A stretch of 64,000 bases of DNA, taken from contig OY969706.1 in assembly GCA_963702095.1 (NCBI GenBank), positions 1,024,001-1,088,000 of the forward strand, in the 5' to 3' direction. This document shows, in pieces, positions 27,071 to 36,700 of the stretch (position 1 is the first letter of the stretch; each line of letters starts with the position of its first letter). Position numbers and translations under genes: made by a program. Below the pieces are notes generated by a model. The model was not told where the DNA came from and did not search any database. It saw nothing but the letters and a program-made list of their open reading frames with translations. The DNA is from Candidatus Bathyarchaeota archaeon. Lineage in GTDB: Archaea; Thermoproteota; Bathyarchaeia; Bathyarchaeales; Bathycorpusculaceae.

Positions 27071-30000
27071 ATGTTTGAAACTTTTTACGATAGAATTCGA
27101 AAAGAAAACATCGGCAAATACGGAACTGAAGTGAGTATATACGGACCGGTTCTACTTGCGAATTTATACAGTGATCGGACCCATTTCTTATACGAAATAT
27201 TGCAGAATGCCGAAGACGCTTGTGAACGCGCAAGAAAAAAAGGATCAATGAAAAAGTTCTTCATAAAATTCTCTTTGCTTCCGGATAGGCTGGAAGTAAG
27301 ACATAATGGAATTCCGTTCGACGAAAACGACGTAAGAGGAATATGTGGAATAGTTGGATCAATAAAAGACAAGAATGTATCCCAGATAGGCAAGTTTGGT
27401 ATTGGTTTTAAGTCGGTCTATGCTTTTACCAATTGCCCAGAAATTCATAGCGGAGACAAGTTCTTCAGCATTAGAGACTATGTTTATCCTTACCCGGTCA
27501 AGGCGTCAGAAGACCTCAATCCTCAGGAAACATTGATAGTAATACGTTTTGATGAGGCGAGTGAAAAGCAAAAGCAAGCACATCTTGAAATTGAGAACAG
27601 ACTAAAAAGGCTTGGTATTAGATCCTTCCTGTTTCTTAAGAATCTGGAACAAATATCATACAATGTAGATTCTACAAATGGAAGTTACGTAAAAAGCTAC
27701 GAAACGAAGATGGGTATCAAAACCGTTGCCCTTAAGTACGTTGAAAACAACGAAGAGAAAACAAAAGAGAATTGGATTATCTTTGATAGGCCTCTGAGTA
27801 AGGACTCAACAAGAAGGCTTGAAATTGGCTATCAGCTAATCTTTGACCCTTCCATAAAGAAATGGAAAATCGGACCTGCAAATGACGTGAAACTATTTGC
27901 TTATTTTCCCACGGAAAAAGAAACTCACTTGAAATTCCTAATTCAGGGTCCGTTCAATACTACTCCTGCTAGAGACAATATACGTGATGACGACTGGAAC
28001 CGAGATTTGATTGCAGATTCTGCAGAGTTTGTCGCGAATAGCATAATGGAGGTTAAGGAGTTGGGCTTGCTAAATGCAGAGTTTCTTAATACCCTCCCAA
28101 TAGAAACAGATTTCTTCACACGTCAAGTGACCCCCTTCAGACCCGTGTACGAAAGCGTAAAAGAAATGCTGTCTTCTGAGGCCCTATTGCCGTCAATTGA
28201 TGGGTCATTTGCCAAAGTCGACCAAGCTTTCATTGCAAGAGGAAAAGAACTACGTTCATTGCTGTCTGGAGAACAACTCGATTTACTCTTCGACAGAAGA
28301 AACAGCAGATGGCTTGATGAAAATATAACTGAAGTAAGGACGCCAGGTTTGTTTAACTATTTGGTTGAAACACTTAAAGTCAACGAATTATATCCGGAAG
28401 CCTTTGCCCGAGTTTTCAGCGAAGCGTTCATAAAAATACAGAGCGATCAATGGGTCATATCGTTCTATACATTTCTATTGAGCCAAAAAGCCCTCTGGAC
28501 TAAACCTTTCTATTCTTACGATAGACCTGGAATCCTGAGAACAAAGCCGATAATTCGCTTAGAAAATAACTCACATGTAACACCTTTCGACGATAGCGGA
28601 TGTCAGAATGCATATCTTCCCCATAAAGATCCAACCGTTAGAACAATGTTTACTAATATTGTGAAAGAAATAATAACGAATGACAACAAAGCTAAAGAAT
28701 TTCTTCAAAACATAGGCATCACCGAGCCAAACAAAATAGACGGAATCTTGGCATTGATTCTGCCAAAATACAATGATAAAGCGATTACTATTTCAGAAAA
28801 ACAGAACATTCAACATGTTTCTTGGATTTTGAAGACCTTAGAAGAAAACGATTGCTCAAAAAAAGATGATCTGTTGGAAAAATTAGCTGATACACCATTT
28901 CTATTGGCTCAAAACGTAGTAGACAGTAGAGAAGAGTACCGAAAACCGTTTGAGATCCATATAGGCGAGGCTACACAGGAAACAGGAATTTGGAAATATT
29001 CTTTCAAGGGAATCAGGAAACGTGGTTTCTCAGTCAGAGATATTTATCACTAGAAAATGACGGAAAATTGATTGACAGATTCAAAAAGCTAGGCTGCAAA
29101 TCAGACATAGTCGCAAAATATAAAAAGCCGAACTATTTGGGCTATGTCATAATCTCTGATTATTTCGGTTATCACAAACGCGGATTCGACGGATTTGACC
29201 CAGATTGTAAAATAGAAGGACTAGAATTCGCGTTACAGAACATTAACCTCGAACGAGCAAGATTATTGTGGCAAGTAACAAAAGAATCTTGCAGATGTAT
29301 ATACGGCGAGGTTGAATCTTGTAGCAGACAAAATTACGAAGGATCAACAAGAGAAAAACAATACTCTGAAATTGGCAAATTGTTAGTGGAATATGCTTGG
29401 CTTCCGGATTCCAAGAACGCTGCTTTTCATAAACCCTCGGAAATTACTATTAGTGACCTTCCTGAGGATTTCGATAAAGAAAGCACCCAAGCAAAATACA
29501 TCTCAGAAAAGCTTGGGATGAAACCTGTTATAGATGAAGAGATAAGATTGATGCTCGAACAAACTCCAGAAGAAGCCAGGGAAATTGTTGAGATCTTCGT
29601 TTCTGCAGCACCTGAAATTAAGCAGCGCATCCTAGAAACCATCCGCACAATTAGACGTTCCGAGGTAAAATTGGACGATCTAAACAACTCTGATGGAACA
29701 GCCTCTACATTTATTGTATCGCCTTCGGTAAATGAACTGGAAACCGAGTTCCAACAAGCTTTGACGCTAGAAAGGCAACCGACGGTCGACTCTGAGGACA
29801 GGACTTGGAGACGCCCAACTCCTGAACAAGAAGAGAAAATGAAGCAATTTGAAGAAGAGACAATTGGCGAATTATCAAAAAGAACTCAAACTATATACAT
29901 AGAAAGAAACGAGGTAAGTCAGATTAGAACTGAGGGAGAAAAGGAACAGGAGCTTAAGCAATTCTTACTTGAGCAATACAAAGGCTATTGCCAGGTCTGC

Positions 30001-30351
30001 AATACAAGGTTGGATCTCGGAGGCGGCAAAGATCCATATTTTGAAATTTACCGCATCATTGAAAAGCGTCGAAAGGTTGGAGCGTGGAGCGACTTGGAGT
30101 TCAATGTTCTTTGCTTATGCCCCAACTGTCATGCTCTCATGAAATATGGCGGAAGAGATCTGGCAATTCTTTTCGACAAAGCTAATCTTGCAGCAAAGGG
30201 TGAGGTTGCACCTGAAGAGGTAAAAGAAAAAGGTGGAGATTTCTACATAGTCCCAATAACAGTAGCCGGAGAAGAAAAGGAAATCTTTCTTGCTCCCTTA
30301 CACATGGCAAAAATTTCGGCCTTTGTGAAAATGCTTTCCAGTCAAAAGTAA
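27071..30351 (+). pseudogene. Sacsin/NOV-type GHKL ATPase fused to C-terminal HNH-like nuclease, one frameshift near 28980
   Basis: YEILQNAEDA, HNGIPF, GKFGIGFKSVY, YFPT, QGPFNTTPARDNI in 27071-29053; overlapping 28990-30351 ends with CQVC...LCLCPNCH. Confidence 0.75.
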
Positions 30352-30603
30352 CATTCGCTCGCTTCAAATCTTTCCGGATCATCACATATGTCAGTTTACA
30401 CCCTTGCATTTATTTTGAGTTTGCTATGTTATGGTCCCAGAATAATTTGCAATTTAATCGATATAGTTGACGAGAGGAACTAACTTCTGAGATTGAATCT
30501 ATAATTTATCCTCTTAAACGTTATTAATTTAGGCTTTGTCCTTCATTTGGTAAAAGACCGTTTATGGAACTTGTGAAACTAAAACATTTGTTTCATAGCA
30601 AAA

Positions 30604-31077
30604 ATGAAATACAAGATAGCATTCACTCATCAATCGATTAATATGATCGATGAGAAGAAAATATGTATTTTTTCGTTATCGGAAAAAGACCCTGCGTTTA
30701 GTCATGGAGGCATGGAAAATGCCAAGAATTGGCTCTTAAATAAAGGAGAAAAGCCATATTATTTCAGAGAAACAAAACCTAAGGAATTAACTCCTGGCTC
30801 GATTGTTTTATTTTCGTTTGATGCACGAATCTTCGGTCAAGCCATTGTTAAGAAGGCTCCAAGGGAGGTCAGTCAAAAGGAGCAAGAAAATTGGCGGGAG
30901 ACTGGTGGTATAGTCTATAAGTACTACATGGTTCTGGAAGGCCCAAGCATAGAAGTATTTAGATTTCATCCTTCCAAAAGGGACATTGAAGAAAAATTGG
31001 ATTTACGTTTTGCACAGCTTTTTACATACATAAGTGAAAATAATTACCGGGAAATTCTAATGATGACGAGAAGATAA
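30604..31077 (+). CDS. EVE/PUA-like domain protein
   Basis: KELTPGSIVLFSF..IFGQAIV and terminal FTYISENNYREIL fit the EVE/ASCH pattern. Confidence 0.5.
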   Translation: MKYKIAFTHQSINMIDEKKICIFSLSEKDPAFSHGGMENAKNWLLNKGEKPYYFRETKPKELTPGSIVLFSFDARIFGQAIVKKAPREVSQKEQENWRETGGIVYKYYMVLEGPSIEVFRFHPSKRDIEEKLDLRFAQLFTYISENNYREILMMTRR

Positions 31078-31268
31078 CAAATGACAGCCGGTGCAAATGG
31101 AGCCGAATCTAAGGAGACTATGGTTTGGTATTTAAAAAGTCTCGGGGAATAGAGGAGACTCGTAAGGAACTAAATGTTAAGGCTAAGAGATGTGATTACA
31201 AAACTATAACTTCCAAAAAAATCAAATTTTGATACAAAATAACAATTAGGGATTTTTTCTTGTGGGAA

Positions 31269-32312
31269 CTAGCTAACTTTGATTTTACCCGCTATCGATT
31301 TAAGTCGGCTAATCGCTAAATCGTCAACTTTTGACTTTTGTTTTATGTATTTTTCTATACTTCCTTCTCCAAGTATTTTCTGGATTGCGTTAGTTTCTTT
31401 TAGCTGTTCAATCTGGTTTATGTTTTTCAAGTCATTTGGTGAGTACGTATTAGGAGGTAATATTTTGTAAGAATAATGATTCTTGGAGAACTCTTTTAAT
31501 CTGGGTTTACCGCCCATGGGCATTCCTCGCATTTTAAAAGTCCCACCAAGTATGTCGATGTAGGCAAAAATGCTTAGAAAATCGTCTGCCCTGGTTTCTT
31601 CTTTTTCGAACTGTGGGTATCCTAAATTGCATGCGTGAATAAAGCTCTCGCTTAAGGAAACCTTGCTATTGATAGCTGACAGAATTGACCTAAAGTCAGC
31701 TTCATGTGTAAGAAGGTCACTTGTATTACCATCAACTGAAAAAGCGTTGATTCCATAATCATGATAGAAATTAACGATTGACCTAGAGTACTTGGGCGCC
31801 AAGAGAGGCACGGTTCCAATAAGAACCTTTGAATTACCCACAGCTTTTATTTCGTCAATTATTGTCCTCATCATCACCAAATACTGCTGAACTCGCTTCT
31901 CAGTGATTTTGGTGCCTTCTTTAAACAAGGCAGTTCGAACGACTGGCAAAAAGATAGTTGCTTGACTGCAGGCATACAAATGGTGGGCAAGTGTGCTTAT
32001 CTTATCTTTACTGGGCACTTTATCGACAATCAAATTGAAAATTACGAGATTCAGGCTATCTTTCTTGAAGTTAACGCTAATTTCTCTTGCCACTCGTGAC
32101 GAAGCGCCCTCCTCAAGAGAATCCAAAACTTCCTCATCGATTCTTCTTACAATCTCATTTACTCTTGAATTGGAATCCAAGAAAGAATCTGGCTTGATTA
32201 ACTTTGTTGCCTTAGAGGGGCTCTCAAATGAAAAAAACCCGTCAATGGTCAAACCTTTCTTTATAACTCCCAGGTTTTCATCGCGTTCAAGTTCTCTAAC
32301 TTTCAACTGCAT
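31269..32312 (-). CDS. Hypothetical protein, degenerate TGT-like TIM barrel
   Basis: N-terminal GLTIDG..FESP, IHACNLG, YIDILG and C-terminal NQ...IQKILGEGSIEKYI echo the tRNA-guanine transglycosylase layout; no Zn Cys cluster. Confidence 0.45.
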   Translation of the reverse strand: MQLKVRELERDENLGVIKKGLTIDGFFSFESPSKATKLIKPDSFLDSNSRVNEIVRRIDEEVLDSLEEGASSRVAREISVNFKKDSLNLVIFNLIVDKVPSKDKISTLAHHLYACSQATIFLPVVRTALFKEGTKITEKRVQQYLVMMRTIIDEIKAVGNSKVLIGTVPLLAPKYSRSIVNFYHDYGINAFSVDGNTSDLLTHEADFRSILSAINSKVSLSESFIHACNLGYPQFEKEETRADDFLSIFAYIDILGGTFKMRGMPMGGKPRLKEFSKNHYSYKILPPNTYSPNDLKNINQIEQLKETNAIQKILGEGSIEKYIKQKSKVDDLAISRLKSIAGKIKVS

Positions 32313-32416
32313 GCTATCTAATTGGTTGGGAATAATATATTATAATTGCGCCTTTGCATACCACTAGAATTAAATCAATCCTCAACCAATAGAAACCAAA
32401 AGAAGGATTCCAAGTA

Positions 32417-33106
32417 ATGACTCTTATTGAGGACTACGGCTTAGATACACCCGCAAGGTCCCTATTATTAACAGTTTTATCAATAAAGGATAATGCCGAA
32501 AGGACAGAAATGGATAAACTGCGCATCCAAAAAGTCCTAAGATTCTACGAGTATCTGCGGGAAAAAAAGGAAATTGATTTCTCCAATTTTAAGCTTGGCG
32601 GAGTCGCATACGAACTGGAAGAAAACCGAGAAACCCTCATAGAATACGAGCTTATAGACCAGAAAAACTGCGATTTCTTCCTAACTGAAGAAGGCAAAAC
32701 AGCAGCGGGCGATCTCAAAAAAACCTTCAATCACGAAGAGTACGAACAGCTAGTCTGCGCCAAAAAACTTCTAAATGACTTACCGAACGACGAATTGCTC
32801 TACTTCATGTATAAGACAATTCCAGAAACACAAAAGCACTCAACCGAGTTCGACCGTCTTGAAAGGAAAAAAGAAACATTAGTTAAGAACCTATTTGCAA
32901 AACGAAAAATAGACTCTGAAACAGCAATTTGTTGGCTAGATGTAAGCGAAGAGGAATTCATTAAAATGTTCCCAAAGAAGAAGCTACCCGAAAGTGCAAT
33001 TAACATGATGGCCAAAGGCTACCAAGATTGCGCCGACGAAGATTTGAAGATTGCTAAGGACTTTGAGCAGGTAGAAAACGAACTTGATGAAGAATGCGGT
33101 GCGTAG
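32417..33106 (+). CDS. Putative antitoxin: wHTH-like body plus MazE/EndoAI-like C-terminal helix
   Basis: Overlaps mazF start; C-terminus MMAKGYQDCADEDLKIAKDFEQVENE; FFLTEEGK wing motif. Confidence 0.6.
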   Translation: MTLIEDYGLDTPARSLLLTVLSIKDNAERTEMDKLRIQKVLRFYEYLREKKEIDFSNFKLGGVAYELEENRETLIEYELIDQKNCDFFLTEEGKTAAGDLKKTFNHEEYEQLVCAKKLLNDLPNDELLYFMYKTIPETQKHSTEFDRLERKKETLVKNLFAKRKIDSETAICWLDVSEEEFIKMFPKKKLPESAINMMAKGYQDCADEDLKIAKDFEQVENELDEECGA

Positions 33107-33435
33107 AGGCAATATTTTCTGGGCAGATCTTGACCCAGTCAAGGGATCCGAGCAGGGCAAAACCAGACCAGTCTTAATCATCCAAAACGATGTTGGCAAT
33201 GAAAATAGCCCGGTAACTATAGTAGCATGTATAACAACAAATTTAGCTAAGAAAAGACTATCCAACCAACGTTTTTATTACAGCAAAAGAAACAGGGCTA
33301 AATTCTGACTCTGTAGTTTTACTTAACCAAATAAGGACACTGGATAAAACCAGGCTACAAAATAAAATAGGGTCGGTACCAAAACTAAAAATGCTTGAAG
33401 TCGGAGAAGCCCTAAAAATCAGCCTAAATCTTTAG
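33087..33435 (+). pseudogene. mazF: MazF/PemK endoribonuclease toxin, frameshifted at ~33255
   Basis: RRGNIFWADLDPVKGSEQGKTRPVLIIQND; +1 frame continues YPTNVFI...DSVVLLNQIRTLDKTRL...ALKISLNL* to 33435. Confidence 0.88.
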
Positions 33436-33706
33436 TCAATCACTTGTTACATTCGATTTTTCCTAATTAGCGGTAGAACACACTTAAAGTCATCTATTTT
33501 TATGGCTTATGTGGAAACAATTGCTATACTAGCGCAAGCTAAACTATCCCTAAGGTCTATGCGGAACAAACCTCTTAAGCAGCTTCTGCAGATGAAGTTA
33601 TTGCAGTTTTACGCTGCATAGGAAACATCCCTGGATGTCTTCCCCGAGAAAAGACTCGGATCATCAAGGATTCGGGCGATTTGCCCTCAATCGATGGTGA
33701 TAACAA

Positions 33707-36700
33707 ATGATGGCAAAGATAGACAAAAAAATTGGTATAATTGGAATTGGGGCTGTAGGTACTCCGCTAAAAGCAACCTGTGAAGTATATTTCAAAGAAG
33801 TAAAAGAATATGATAAGAAAGGCAACTATGACTGGCAACCAATACTTGGTTGTAACATAGTCTTTATCTGTGTTCCGACCCCTGAAGGTGCTGCCGAAAG
33901 GTTAGATTGCAGTTGCATCGAAGAAGTTCTAACGCGACTTGACAATGACCGCTTCCTTGGAATAGTAGCAATAAAAAGCACCCTCGCTGTTGGCTTTATG
34001 GATAAAGCGTGCGATTTTCATCCTAATTTGCGTTTGGTCTACAATCCAGAATTTTTAAGAGAAAAAAGCGCTTTTCAATGGACAGTCAATCCTGATAGAA
34101 TTGTAGTATCGGGTGATCTAAGCGACGCCAAAGAAGTCTTGTCAGTTTTTGTCTGGGCTGAACATGCGAAGACGATAATAACGGATCATCGGTCTGCTGA
34201 AATTGGGAAGCTCGCTCATAATGCGTTCATTGCAACAAAAGTAGCCTTTACGAACGAAATGGAGCGAATATGTCAGAAACTTGAAGCAAATGTCGAAGAC
34301 GTTATGGATGTAGTGACGTCGGATCGCCGGGTAATATCAAAAGAACATCTACAACCATACTTAGGTCCGTATGGGGGGAAGTGTGTTCCTAAAGACATTA
34401 AAGAGCTTAAGAATGCCTCAAAATCTAATTTCTTGCAAGCAGTTGAAGATGTCAATGAAGAAACCAAGAGAAGATACGGCGCTAATGAAAACAAAGTAGG
34501 ATGTAACCTAACCCCCAAGTCAGAGATTAGAATTGTAACAATAATTCCAACGCGGTCTAGGTTGACCCAATTAGAAAAAGCACTCACAAACGTAGCAAAG
34601 CAAACTCGACCACCGGATGAATTAATTGTAGTCGGAGATGAAAAGACCGATTTACCAACTGACAGAAAAGCTATGGAAAGCAAATTCATCAAAACAAAGG
34701 TATCTTGGCTTTTTAACGCAAGAACCAAAAACCTTTCGGGCGCCATAAACACAGCAACTCAATTCCTCATAAAGACGGAGATTGATCCAGAAAGAACCTA
34801 CCTTGCCCTCTTGGACGACGATGACAGATGGGCACCTGACTACCTGCAAACACTTGTTGATCGAGCGACTTCTGCACTACAAGACCTTGTTATTTCTGGG
34901 CTAATCCGCCATGAGACTGAAGGGGATGCAGGGACTAAGCAAACCATCCCCCAAGCCATCAACCAAAATATGTTCTTGGTTGGAAATCCGCACATACAAG
35001 GGTCAAACCTATTTGTGAAAATGAGCACTTTTCTGCGAGCAGGAGGGTTTGATGAAAACCTTCCAAGTTGCACTGACAGAGATTTTATGATAAGATTACT
35101 GGATCTTGGGAATATCCAATACTCTTGCATACAGAGACACCTTGTTCACCATTATGCTAGCTCAGCAAGTCGCCTTTCAAAATATGGATCCGCGAGCAAA
35201 ATCGGCGGTCTGACGAGATTTTTGCGAAAATATCAAGACCGGATGACCGCCCAAGAAAGTCTTCAATTTAAAAAAAGGGCCAAAACTCTTTTCGGATGGA
35301 CAGAAAGCATAGTGCAACAAAGTGCTGAAATATCAAGCCTTCCACCCCCTCCTAAGTCAACAAACAAACATGCCTTTCATCTGGTCGTAGGATTTACTGC
35401 TTCGCATCTATCATGCGCAGGCAAACTCTTACGCGATCTGAGTGTATTTCAGAAACGCTTTCCTCAACCGATCTCTCTTGTAATTTTAGACAATACAGAG
35501 AATAGGAAGCAGCTTGAGCAATTGGTTGCAGAAAACAAAACAGGCCTATTCAGTTCAAGATTGATCTCTGAAAGCGAGGTATACCAAGACGCTGACGCAG
35601 GCAAACTAGGGACGTTCTACGTAAACAGAGAACGAAGAAAAGGACCAAGTTATGGAAGAACGGCGCTTCATCGATTCTTGTATTTGACAGGGGTTGAGTT
35701 AGAGAATCCTGTTTTTTGGATACTTGACGACGATGTTAGATTAGACAAAATAGTATATGCCTCTAATAATCAAGTAATAATACCTGAGCAATTTCAAGAG
35801 ATTGTAGATTACCTGCTCGAACAGAAAGTCGCTATCTGCGTCGCTGGGATCATGGGCGACCCCCCACTGCCGATTGAAAGCAGCATCCGCGGCCAACTAT
35901 TGGAGCTAAGCCATTATCTGAGAAAACAAACCGGCAACGCTCACAGTGAAAAAAAGCTTGATGCTGATGCGGTTGCAGAACGCTTCCCTGACCAATACTA
36001 CGATCTGTCAACAAGCCGATATGACCATTTAGAAACCCCAATCAAAGTATCGTTAAACATAGATGGGCTGGCTTTTGCTCAATGCATAGACTCTTTGTTT
36101 GAGGGAAGAAACCAACTTAGACCTGCTCTGCCAACAAACGCATCTATCATAATGCGAGGCGGTAACACTATCGTCACTGACATAGAATGCCTTCGAACAC
36201 ACATTAACAGTTCTCCAAGGATTAACGGGGTAGAACTCCGGAGGGGTGATACAAGCTGGGTAGAGCTGAACCGATATGTTGGCGGGGAACTGGTGGGTTA
36301 TGAAAACAAACAGGTCATCAGCCTTCCTCTATTCCTCAGGCAAGAGCGAGCGCCAACATTCAAGGCGAAATTGCTGGGTGAGACGCTAGCAGCCGACCTT
36401 TTGGGAGGAGCATTCGTCAGGGCGTTTACCCACCTATTCCAAAAGAGAAGCGAGAACAGCAAAGAAATGGTGGATATCGGTAGCACCCTTGCCTTCTCAG
36501 AGGAAGATTGCCATACAGTAATAGCAGAAACAATGCGTAATCTTGAACAACGCTTAACCATTTTGCATATGAGTGCATGGCGAATAAACGGTCTCATTTC
36601 ATCGATTAGATACCAAATTGCCAATGGTAGTGGGACTACCGCAAATATGCTAAACCAGGAAGAAACCACAAGACTTTATGCGGTTTTAAAATGGATCGAC

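Noticed and set aside
33245-33262. Programmed frameshift in mazF
   Set aside because: AAGAAAAGAC is not a canonical slippery heptamer and similar indels occur in many genes here.
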